NCBI GenBank assembly: GCA_963770565.1
Contig: CAVYQE010000007.1
Coordinates: 67,979-131,978 of the forward strand
Length of the DNA stretch: 64,000 nucleotides
From: an uncultured Actinomycetota bacterium
Lineage (GTDB): Bacteria > Actinomycetota > Actinomycetes > JAFAQI01
Direction of reading: 5' to 3'
In this document: positions 29,952 through 38,575 of the stretch, in pieces
Layout: each line of letters starts with the position of its first letter
Position numbering within the stretch: position 1 is the first letter of the stretch
Made by a program: the position numbers and the translations under genes
Notes under the pieces: generated by a model
Told to the model about the DNA's origin: nothing
Database searches by the model: none
What the model saw: the letters and a program-made list of their open reading frames with translations, nothing else

Positions 29952-31004
29952 ATGGGGTCAACGAAGGCGGCGGTCCTCGCCGCATCGGCAGGGGTATGAT
30001 TGCGATGGTCGGGCTGTCGGCCCCGACTGCGGCCGTCGGCCAAGGCGCCGTCGACGAAGCCGCTCTCGTCGGTCGAGATCAACAGCCCGTCGATCACGGT
30101 CACGACGTCGACGCACCACACGCTGAAGCTGAAGGTGAGTGCGTCCGACTTCGTCTCCCTCGGCAACCCGGACAACAGCCCGGGCTCGATCGACGTCCAG
30201 CTCGGCACGCCGAACGGGCGTGAGGCGCACGGCTGGATCTTCGCGCTCGCGGCTGGTTCGATCACCGACCACGTCAGCACCAGCACCGGCGTGGCGACGA
30301 CCGGCCCGCATCAGATCTCACCGTTCGGCCGGGTCCGCCTTACCTTCAGCCCGGACGGCCCGAGCTCGACACTGAAGTGCGGCAAGACCACGGTCGTTAC
30401 CCGGCACGTCAAGATCGCGGCGGCGATGTCGTTCGACACCTCGTCCGCGTGGGGGAGCGTCGGCAGCTACCCGGCCAAGACCCACTTCGGCCGCGGCACG
30501 CTACGCACCCAGTACGGCGGCGCGCCGTGCCCCGCACCGGCCGAGTTCACGACCTGCGTCACCAACGTCACGTGGGGCGCGCAAGGGACTCCGCTGACGC
30601 TGACCGGCGGCTGGACCCGCCGGCACGGCAAGAAGCACGGCACGATCACCGGGGAGCGGGTCGTGAGCCTGTCGACCCCGGCCGACGCCGACCGGATCGA
30701 CCTCGTGACGCTGCCGGCGCCACTGCCGAAGCTCACCGACGTGGGCGGGATCCCGACCCTGGCCGTCACGACCTCCGGCGGGCAATCGGTCGGCAGCGCG
30801 ACGCTCGCATCGACGACCGCCGAGCATCCGAGCAAGGTGACCTGCAACTCCACGCACCATCACGACCTGCAGACCACCTGGACGTCGGCGTCGTACACCA
30901 ACGGCACCACGCCGCTCGCCGTACACGAGCAGATCGAGGGCACGCTGACCCTGCCGGACTCGGCCACGGACGGCTACATCCAGCGCAACACCAGGCTGAA
31001 CTGA
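29952..31004 (+). CDS. Secreted Thr/Ser-rich hypothetical protein; 5' end disrupted by apparent frameshifts (about 29995 and 30032)
   Basis: A signal-peptide-like N-terminus can be pieced together across frames, followed by a long GC3-rich ORF to 31004. Confidence 0.6.
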
Positions 31005-31020
31005 CGAAGGACTGCAGCCG

Positions 31021-31872
31021 CTACTGGCGGTGGTAGAGCACGTCGCGGATGTCGATGACCGGCGCGATCCGGTCCTCGATCGCGGCCCTGACCACGTTGC
31101 CGTCCGGCCGGGCGATGACGACCTCGTCGCGGGTGACGAGCAACGGTCGGTCGAAGCCCCGGTCCTCCATCGTCGTGAGCCGGGCGGCGGCCGCCGAGAA
31201 CGCCGGATCGATCCGGTTGAGGTCGAGCCAGCCCCGGTTGCGCATCGGTACCGCGACGGTGCGCATGCCGTCCGGCAGGCCGTCGACGATCGCGTGCCGC
31301 AAGGTGCGCGAGCCGAGCAGGGTCACGACGTCGCAGTCGCCCATCGGGCGCAGTTGCGAGTGCCGCTCCAGCCGTTGGGCGGCCATCTCGCCCATCCGCT
31401 CGAGGTAGACCACGGCGGTCGGCCACCACGGCGAGGGCTCGATCCCGGCCGATCGCAGAAGCTGGTGCGGGATCGGCAGGACCAGGTCGGGTTGCTCGAC
31501 ATCGAGCCCGACGAAGCCGAACCCGAGGTCGAGGGTGTCGCCGAGGATGCGGCGGCGGACCCAGTCAAGGCCGGGATGAAGCGGCGACTCGACCCACGCG
31601 CCGTACGGCCGGGCCCGCTCGGCCAGGTCCTCCAGCGGCCGATCGGCGAGGGAGCGCCTGAGCTGAAACCAGCGGCGCAGTCGCAGCCGGGCCTGCTCGG
31701 TCGAGGGCGGTGCTCCGGCGAGTGCGCGCCGGCACTCGGCCCAGGTGATCAGGATGTCGACGGAGCCGGGCAGGAGGACGCCGTCCGGTGCCGGCAGCAC
31801 GTCGACGTCATGCATGACGGCAACGGCGAGCGCGCACTGGCGAAGGTGTTGGGCCTCCGGCCAACTCGACAT
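31021..31872 (-). CDS. Hypothetical protein
   Basis: 283-aa GC3-rich ORF; no motif recognised. Confidence 0.7.
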   Translation of the reverse strand: MSSWPEAQHLRQCALAVAVMHDVDVLPAPDGVLLPGSVDILITWAECRRALAGAPPSTEQARLRLRRWFQLRRSLADRPLEDLAERARPYGAWVESPLHPGLDWVRRRILGDTLDLGFGFVGLDVEQPDLVLPIPHQLLRSAGIEPSPWWPTAVVYLERMGEMAAQRLERHSQLRPMGDCDVVTLLGSRTLRHAIVDGLPDGMRTVAVPMRNRGWLDLNRIDPAFSAAAARLTTMEDRGFDRPLLVTRDEVVIARPDGNVVRAAIEDRIAPVIDIRDVLYHRQ

Positions 31873-31903
31873 GTCGGGACGGTATCCAATCCGCCGCAGG
31901 TGC

Positions 31904-32419
31904 TTAATACATCGACCGGGTGAATGTCCCATTTTCGCCGCGTGAAAGGGGGAACTTTCGGGAAGGTTGCTCCGGTTGGCCCACGATGTCGAGCCGATCG
32001 CGGTGGTAACCCGGACTCGGGGATCCGATCTGGCGGAAGCCGAGCCGCTCGAGCAGTCGCCACGACGGGATGTTCCCGACGTGCACCTCCGCCTCGATTG
32101 CCGTGACCCCGGGTTGTTCGGCAAGCCACTCGACCAGCGCCGCGACGGCGCGGCCGCCGAGTCCCTGACCCCGGCTCGACGGGGCGAGTCCGTAGCCGAT
32201 CTCGACCGTGCCGGATGCATCCGGTGCGGCCTTCGTGCCGCACTCGCCGGCCACCCGCTCGTCGTCGTCGATGATCAGGAAGCCCCAGCCGCCCGTGGAG
32301 AGGAAGCTCAAGCCCGGCGCGGTGTCCTCGTGCGGCCATCCCGGCGCGGCGTCCAGGCTGCCGAGGTCCCCGCGGAGGGCGGCGTCTCGGCCCGCGCGGT
32401 CGAGCGGCAGCAACCTCAC
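31904..32419 (-). CDS. GNAT family N-acetyltransferase (RimJ/RimL-like)
   Basis: VEIGYGLAPSSRGQGLG, NIPSWRLLERLGF. GTG overlaps the rnd stop. Confidence 0.85.
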   Translation of the reverse strand: MRLLPLDRAGRDAALRGDLGSLDAAPGWPHEDTAPGLSFLSTGGWGFLIIDDDERVAGECGTKAAPDASGTVEIGYGLAPSSRGQGLGGRAVAALVEWLAEQPGVTAIEAEVHVGNIPSWRLLERLGFRQIGSPSPGYHRDRLDIVGQPEQPSRKFPLSRGENGTFTRSMY

Positions 32420-33636
32420 GACTCGTCGGCCATCGCGGTGCTCAAAGGTCCCGCGGTGAGTGCGACCTGCCACCGTCTCGCCCCGCCGTCGGTGAGGTAG
32501 GCGGCGATCTCGTCCACCTCGGTCGACGGCGGCGACCAGGCCAGCCGGCGGACCAGGTCAGGGGTCAGCAAGTTCTCGACCGGGACGTTGTGTTTCTCCG
32601 CCAGCTCCGCCAGCACGGTGCGGGCCCGCGCGAGCCGGCCCGCCGCGGCCGGGTCGCGGTCCGGCCAGCGGCTGGGCGGTGGTGGCCCGTCGCCGGCCGG
32701 TGCCGGCCGGGGAAGGGCGCTGTCGGCGAGCTCGTACGTCGCGGCGACCGTCGGCCACAGCTCGCCCACCAGCCGCCGGGTCGACCGCCCGCCCCAGCCC
32801 GGCAGCTTGCCGAGCTGTTCGGCGCTGCTCGGCGACATCGCCGCCGCAGCAATGATGGCGCTGTCGGGGAGCACCCGCCCGGGCGCGATGTCACGGGTCC
32901 TGGCCCGCGCGTCGCGCGCCTCCCACAGGGCCCGAACGAGCGCGAGCTGGCGGCGGTTGCGGAGCCGGTGGATCCCACTGGTACGCCGCCAGGGGTCCGC
33001 GCGTGGCGGCGGCGCGACCGCGTTGAGCACCGCCTCGAACTCCTCCCGAGCCCACTCGAGCTTGCCCTGGTCGCGGAGCTCGGTCTCGAGCGCGTCGCGA
33101 AGGTCGATCAGGATCTCGACGTCGAGAGCGGCGTAGCGAAGCCACGGTTCGGGAAGTGGCCGGCGGGACCAGTCGGCGGCCGAGTGCTCCTTGGCGAGCG
33201 CGACGCCGAGCAGCACTTCGGCCATGGTCGCGAGGCCGACCCGTTCGAAGCCGGCCAGCCGGGCTGCCAGCTCGGTGTCGAACAGCCGGGTCGGATGCAG
33301 GCCGGCTTCCCGGAGCGACGGCAGGTCCTGCGACGCCGCGTGCAGCACCCACTCGCTGTCCCGGATCGCGTCGGAGAGCGCGCTGAGGTCGCCGAACGCG
33401 GTCGGGTCGATCAGGACCGTTCCGCTCGGCTCGCGCCGGAGCTGGATCAGGTAGGCCCGCTGGCCGTAGCGGTAGCCCGAGGCGCGCTCGGCATCGACGG
33501 CGATCGGCCCGGTGCCGGTGGCGATGGCCGCGATCGCGGCCTGCAGCGGCGGGAGGGTGTCGATGACCGGGGGGACGCCGCCGCGCGGTTCAGTGAGCGG
33601 TATCGGTGGTGCTGAAACGTCCGCGGTCTCGCTCAC
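32416..33636 (-). CDS. rnd: Ribonuclease D (DEDDy exonuclease + HRDC)
   Basis: AVDAERASG, LHAASQDL, LFDTELA, YAALDVE, HRDC domain. Confidence 0.92.
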   Translation of the reverse strand: MSETADVSAPPIPLTEPRGGVPPVIDTLPPLQAAIAAIATGTGPIAVDAERASGYRYGQRAYLIQLRREPSGTVLIDPTAFGDLSALSDAIRDSEWVLHAASQDLPSLREAGLHPTRLFDTELAARLAGFERVGLATMAEVLLGVALAKEHSAADWSRRPLPEPWLRYAALDVEILIDLRDALETELRDQGKLEWAREEFEAVLNAVAPPPRADPWRRTSGIHRLRNRRQLALVRALWEARDARARTRDIAPGRVLPDSAIIAAAAMSPSSAEQLGKLPGWGGRSTRRLVGELWPTVAATYELADSALPRPAPAGDGPPPPSRWPDRDPAAAGRLARARTVLAELAEKHNVPVENLLTPDLVRRLAWSPPSTEVDEIAAYLTDGGARRWQVALTAGPLSTAMADES

Positions 33637-33667
33637 AGCCCAGACGTTAGTGGAAGCCTGCCAGCGA

Positions 33668-34348
33668 CTAGCGGATCACGCCGGCGCGCATCGCCATGGC
33701 GACCATCTCGGCGCGGTCGCCGGTGCCGAGCTTGCGGGCGATTCTGGCCAGGTGGCTCTTCACGGTGAGTGCGGACAGTCCGAGCGCCTCACCGATCTCC
33801 TTGTTGGACCGACCGTCGGAGACCAGGTGCAGGACCTCGATCTCGCGGCCGGACAACTCGGCGACGCCGTCCTGTTGGGGGCCCCCACGCAGGCCGGCGG
33901 CGAGCAGCGAGGCAACCGACGGGTCGGCGTACACGCCGCCGTCGAGCACCCGGCGGACACCATCGGCGACCACGAGCGGCGAAGCGGACTTCAGCAGGTA
34001 GCCCTGGGCACCGGCCACGAAGGCCGCCCGGACCGAGTAGGGGTCGTCCGCAGCGGACAGTACGACGAGGCGCGGCCAGCCGGCGGCGCGAAGGTCGCTG
34101 AGCAGGTCGAGCCCGGAGCCGTCGGGCAAGCCGACGTCCAGGACGCACAGGTCACGGGTGCCACCGGCATGGGCGCGCGCACGCGCCTCGGCGATGCTCG
34201 CCGCCTCGACGACGTCGCGGGCACCCATTGCGGTCAGTCGGGCCACCATCGACTCGCGCACCAGCGGGTGGTCGTCGACCACCATGGCGGTGAATCCACC
34301 CGCGGGATCCGCGGCAGTGGCGGCAGCGCGCTCGGCGAGTGCTGACAC
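33668..34348 (-). CDS. NarL/LuxR family response regulator
   Basis: VVDDHP, LDVGLPDG phosphoacceptor, LSA, GYLLK; HTH LSGREIEVL...SNKEIG...TVKSH. Confidence 0.93.
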   Translation of the reverse strand: MSALAERAAATAADPAGGFTAMVVDDHPLVRESMVARLTAMGARDVVEAASIAEARARAHAGGTRDLCVLDVGLPDGSGLDLLSDLRAAGWPRLVVLSAADDPYSVRAAFVAGAQGYLLKSASPLVVADGVRRVLDGGVYADPSVASLLAAGLRGGPQQDGVAELSGREIEVLHLVSDGRSNKEIGEALGLSALTVKSHLARIARKLGTGDRAEMVAMAMRAGVIR

Positions 34349-34629
34349 CGAGTCCTCCTCCGTCTTGGCCGTCTGTTGGCGGCGCCGTCATTTAGCGCTT
34401 GGAGCATTCTTCGGTTGCGATTGAGCCTTCCTGTAGCCCGGCGGGGGTAGTCGTTGCTCCGTCCGGCCCAATTTCTCATCGACCTGTTCTCTGCGGCGAT
34501 TACTCGGCAGATGGCCCTATCCCCACTACTCCAAACGGGGGATTGGGCCGAACGGACCCCAAGTATGAGGACGCGTGTGCCGACAGTCAGGGAAGCGTGG
34601 AATGAGTCTGCGCCGGGTCGGGAGGACGC

Positions 34630-36162
34630 GTGCTCGTGCACCGAGTGAAATGGGCACTTGCCGCCTTGGCTGTCAGTGCCCTCGCGCCAGTGCTTTCGAC
34701 CGGTTCCGCAGCGGCCTCGGCGCCGGTCGCCAAGGGTCCTGCGGTCCGGGCGATTGTCACCGTCCGGCCCGGTACGGCGCTGCCGTTGGCGGTCCCTGGT
34801 GGCCGTGTGCTCGACTCGTTCAGCCACGTTCGCGCCGAGCTCGTCTCGGCGCCGCGGGCGGCGCTCACCGCCCTCGCCCTCAACCCGGCCGTGCTCGGCA
34901 TCTCGCCCAACTGGCGTGGCCAGGTCATGGGCCTCGGTCGCTTCCACGGCGGTCACTTCCACGGCGACGACAGCGTGCTCGCCCCCCAGTCGGTCGGCGG
35001 CGACGCCGGCCAGCCGGGCGTCGGCGCGGGTGTCACGGTCGCGTTGCTCGACACCGGGGTCAACAACACCCCGGCGATCAACCGGGCATCGGGCCGGCTG
35101 ATCGACGGCATCAACTTGGCGCACCTCTCGGCCGGCGGTCCGGCCTTGACGGTCGGGCCGTTCCACGATGGATATGGCCACGGCACGTTCCTCGCGTCGC
35201 TGATCGCCGGCGGCCCGGTGCCGGGGAGCAACGGTCTCGGCGTCGGCGTCGCTCCCGCGGCGCACATCATGGTCGTCAAGGTGGCCGGCGCGCGCGGGCG
35301 GACCAGCCTGCTGCAGGTGCTGGCCGGCCTCGACTGGGTCGCGACGCACGCCAATGAGATCCAGGTCGTCAACCTCTCGCTCGCGGTCGAGCGCCCGACC
35401 GCCCCGGCGTACGGCGCCGACCCGCTGAACGCCGCGATCGAAGCGGTGCGCGCCGCGGGTGTCCTCGTGGTCGCGGCCGCCGGCAACACCCCCGGCCAGG
35501 TCGGCGACCCGGGTCTCGACCCGCAGTCACTGACCGTGGGTGCCCTCGACCTCAGTAGCCATTGGCCACAGGTCGCGTCGTTCTCCGGCAGCGGTGTGGT
35601 CGACGGCGTGGTCAAGCCCGACGTCGTCGCCGCGGGCGTCCACGTCCTCGGCGTGATGAGCCCGCACACCCTGATCGCTCAGCAGAACCCGATCGCCTGG
35701 CAGCCCGACGGGCTGTTCCGCGGCTCCGGGACGAGCGAGGCGACCGCGATCACCTCCGGTGTGGCGGCGGCATATCTGGCCGACCACCCGGGCAGCACTC
35801 CGCTTCAGGTCAAGACCGCATTGCGCACCGGCGCGCAGCCGCTCTGCGGCTGGGGCTCCGGTGCGGGCGCAGTCACGATGAATGACTCGGGTAACCACCA
35901 CGGGTGCTGGCGGGGCCGGGGTCACGGCTCGCCCGATCCAACCGGCGAGGCGTCGTTCAACCCGGTCGAGTGGGAGGCGAACTCCTGGCTGCACGGCGCC
36001 TGGGTGCCGTGGCTGGCCTCGTCCTGGTCGGCGTCCTCGTGGTCCGCGTCCTCATGGTCAGCCAGCTCCTGGTCGGCCTCGTCCTGGTCGGCCAGCTCCT
36101 GGTCCGCCTCGTCGTGGTCGGCGTCGTCGTGGTCCGACGAAGGCTGGGGTCCGGCCGGATGA
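34630..36162 (+). CDS. Secreted S8 subtilisin-like peptidase with C-terminal Trp pentapeptide repeat tail
   Basis: Signal peptide, prodomain, LDTG, DGYGHGT, AAAGN, GTSEA, then (ASSWS)x8. Confidence 0.92.
   Translation: MLVHRVKWALAALAVSALAPVLSTGSAAASAPVAKGPAVRAIVTVRPGTALPLAVPGGRVLDSFSHVRAELVSAPRAALTALALNPAVLGISPNWRGQVMGLGRFHGGHFHGDDSVLAPQSVGGDAGQPGVGAGVTVALLDTGVNNTPAINRASGRLIDGINLAHLSAGGPALTVGPFHDGYGHGTFLASLIAGGPVPGSNGLGVGVAPAAHIMVVKVAGARGRTSLLQVLAGLDWVATHANEIQVVNLSLAVERPTAPAYGADPLNAAIEAVRAAGVLVVAAAGNTPGQVGDPGLDPQSLTVGALDLSSHWPQVASFSGSGVVDGVVKPDVVAAGVHVLGVMSPHTLIAQQNPIAWQPDGLFRGSGTSEATAITSGVAAAYLADHPGSTPLQVKTALRTGAQPLCGWGSGAGAVTMNDSGNHHGCWRGRGHGSPDPTGEASFNPVEWEANSWLHGAWVPWLASSWSASSWSASSWSASSWSASSWSASSWSASSWSASSWSDEGWGPAG
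36016..36135 (+). repeat. 8 x 15-bp coding tandem repeat encoding ASSWS
   Basis: Units such as GCCTCGTCCTGGTCG, GCGTCCTCATGGTCA and GCCAGCTCCTGGTCC encode an identical peptide with variable codons. Confidence 0.95.
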
Positions 36163-37568
36163 GCGCCTCCGCGCAGGTACGACTCCTCGCCGTCGCCGCA
36201 ATCGTGGTGACGGCGCTGACTGCCGCCCTGAACGGCTGGGGCGGCCCCGAGTGGTACGCCGTATTGATCCTTGCGGTCGCGGTCGGCGCCGCTGAGACCG
36301 CCGTCGTCCACCTCTCGTTCGGTCGCCAGCGCTGGACCTTCAGCCTCACCGAAGCCGCGATCGCGATCGCATTCGTGCACTCGCCACGGGCCTGGACCGT
36401 GCTGGCCGTGACCGTCGGCGTGCTGGCCGCGCAGCTGATCCGCCGCCAGGAGTCGCTCAAGGTCTTGTTCAACGTGTCTCAGTTCGCCGCGGCGACCGCG
36501 CTCGGCGCCGGGTTCGCGGTGCTCGTGGGGTCCGGCGTGCCAGGGGCGATCGGCGGCATGGGCATCTTCTGGCTGGTCAACAACCTGATGATCGCCTCGG
36601 CGATGTCGGTGATGACCGACCAGGGCTTCCGCTCGCTGCTGTGGGCGAGCGCCCCGCTGGCCTCGATCCACTCGGTCGGCACTTCGGGCATCGGCATTCT
36701 CGCCGCGTGGCTGGCCGTCAATGCGCCGCTCGGCCTGCTCGCCCTGGTGATCCCGCTGCTCCTGCTGTGGATCTCCTACGACGAGCAGACCACGTCCGCG
36801 GCGGAGGCCCAGCTCTACGCGGAGCTGGCCCGGCTGCAGGAACGCGCGAGCGGTCGGTCCGTCGACGTGTCGGCGCGAGTCGTCCTGACCGCCGCCGCCC
36901 GGCTGTTCGACAGCGACGACGTCGAAATGGTGCTGCTCGCCGAGGACGGGCCGGTGCGTTACGCCGGCAACGTCGACGGCGTGGTCCGCCAGCGGGTGGA
37001 CCCGGAGGCACTCGACGTTCCCTGGGTGCTCCGCGCGCTCGGCGAACGTGGCGCGGTCACCGGCAGCGACGCCGGCCGGCCGTGGTGCGCCACCGTGCTC
37101 GGTGGCCACGAGGCGCCGCTCGCCGTGCTGGTCGCCCGGCGCCCGGTCGGCGGATCGGGCTTCGGTCGGCGCGAAATGATGCTCGCCGAAGTGCTGGTCC
37201 AGCAGGCCGAGTCATGGCTGTCGATCGCGGAGCTCGCGGCCTCCCGGGACGAGGCGCTCGCCCACGCCGAGGCGGCCGAAGACGCGGCCCGTGCGCTCGG
37301 CGACCTCGGCGCCGACACCGCTCCCTCACTCGTCGTACTCCGCGAGTCCGCCAACCGGTTGGCCCGGCTCGCCGCCACCGAAGGCCCGGCGTCGGTCCAC
37401 GAGATCGTCGACGAGCTGTACGCCGTCGAGCGAGCGGTGGCCTCCTTGCTCGGCGCGATCGCGCTCGCCGCCGAGCCCGACCTCGGGCGGCTCACGATCG
37501 ACGACGACGAGCTGCCGGCGCAGCGCGGTTCCTCGGAATGGACGACCACCGGGGTGCTCACGTCATGA
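36159..37568 (+). CDS. Multi-TM sensor-like membrane protein with GAF-like and helical C-terminal region, no catalytic output domain
   Basis: ATGA overlap with the peptidase stop. About 6-7 hydrophobic segments in the first ~205 aa, then ...LAVLVARR...GFGRREMMLAEVLVQQAESWL. Confidence 0.75.
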   Translation: MSASAQVRLLAVAAIVVTALTAALNGWGGPEWYAVLILAVAVGAAETAVVHLSFGRQRWTFSLTEAAIAIAFVHSPRAWTVLAVTVGVLAAQLIRRQESLKVLFNVSQFAAATALGAGFAVLVGSGVPGAIGGMGIFWLVNNLMIASAMSVMTDQGFRSLLWASAPLASIHSVGTSGIGILAAWLAVNAPLGLLALVIPLLLLWISYDEQTTSAAEAQLYAELARLQERASGRSVDVSARVVLTAAARLFDSDDVEMVLLAEDGPVRYAGNVDGVVRQRVDPEALDVPWVLRALGERGAVTGSDAGRPWCATVLGGHEAPLAVLVARRPVGGSGFGRREMMLAEVLVQQAESWLSIAELAASRDEALAHAEAAEDAARALGDLGADTAPSLVVLRESANRLARLAATEGPASVHEIVDELYAVERAVASLLGAIALAAEPDLGRLTIDDDELPAQRGSSEWTTTGVLTS

Positions 37569-38575
37569 GGCTGCTCAGGGGTCGGGTCGCACCAATCGCC
37601 GCGCTGGTCTTCCTGCTCGCGCTCGCAGCAAGTTGCTCGGTGGTCGCCGCCTCCGCATCGTTGTTGAAGGTCACCGGTCACGTCCAGGTGCCGATGTGGG
37701 AGGCGCTGCTCGCCGCCGCGCCGGCCGGCCTGGTCATCGCGGGGATCGCGACGATCGCCAACGTGCAGGCAACCCGCGCGGTCCAGCGGATGCAGTCGCG
37801 GGCCCGGACCGTCGACGCGCTGCAGCGCCGGGTCCGGATCGCGGACGAGGTCGCCGAGCGGCATCGCCGCAACGCCGAGACCGCGAGCGCCGGCATGTTC
37901 GAGCTGCTCTCCGGCCTGGTGGCCGCCGAGGAGGGCGCCCGCGGCCAGCTCGCGGCCGAGTTGCACGACACCGTGGCGCAGTCGCTCACCACCGCCCAGG
38001 TCATGCTCAACGACTACGACAACCCCGACAGCGTCCGGCGCGCGAGGGACCTGATCAGCGAGGCCGAGGAGCAGGTTCGCGCGGTGATGGCCCGCACCCG
38101 GCCGCCGGCGCTGCGCGACGGCGACCTGGCCCGGGCGGTGTCCAGCCTGCGCGACGATCTCCGCAACCGCTACGCGATCGAGGTCGAGCTGTCCTGGCCG
38201 GGTGAGGCCTACCCGCTGCCGCTGGTGACCGCGGTGACGACGTACCGGTTCTTCCAAGAAGGCCTGCTCAACGTCGTGAAGCACGCCGACGTCGACAGCG
38301 CCCGCGCCCAGCTCTGGGTGGACGAGGACTGGGTAGTCGCCACCGTCGTCGATACCGGGCTCGGCTTCGACCCGGACTCGGTCCGCTCGGAGGGCGGGCG
38401 GCACGTCGGGCTCGGCCTGCTGCGCGAGCGGGCCCGGCTCGTCGGGGGATCGTTGGACGTGATCTCGAACCCGGTCCGCGGTACGACGCTGACCCTGCGG
38501 CTGCCAAGGTCGAGCGGTGCGGTCGGCTCGGTGAGCCGCACCCGGGCGCCGGTCGTGGTCAGTGAGCGCGTCTGA
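37565..38575 (+). CDS. Sensor histidine kinase (HisKA_3 type)
   Basis: H-box AELHDTVAQSL, N-box QEGLLNVVKHA, DTGLGF, GLGLLRER, GTT. Two N-terminal TMs; ATGA overlap. Confidence 0.92.
   Translation: MRLLRGRVAPIAALVFLLALAASCSVVAASASLLKVTGHVQVPMWEALLAAAPAGLVIAGIATIANVQATRAVQRMQSRARTVDALQRRVRIADEVAERHRRNAETASAGMFELLSGLVAAEEGARGQLAAELHDTVAQSLTTAQVMLNDYDNPDSVRRARDLISEAEEQVRAVMARTRPPALRDGDLARAVSSLRDDLRNRYAIEVELSWPGEAYPLPLVTAVTTYRFFQEGLLNVVKHADVDSARAQLWVDEDWVVATVVDTGLGFDPDSVRSEGGRHVGLGLLRERARLVGGSLDVISNPVRGTTLTLRLPRSSGAVGSVSRTRAPVVVSERV

Noticed and set aside
36016-36135. 15-bp tandem repeat as a CRISPR array or VNTR
   Set aside because: It has no spacers and no cas genes nearby. Variation is confined to synonymous positions of an in-frame coding repeat.
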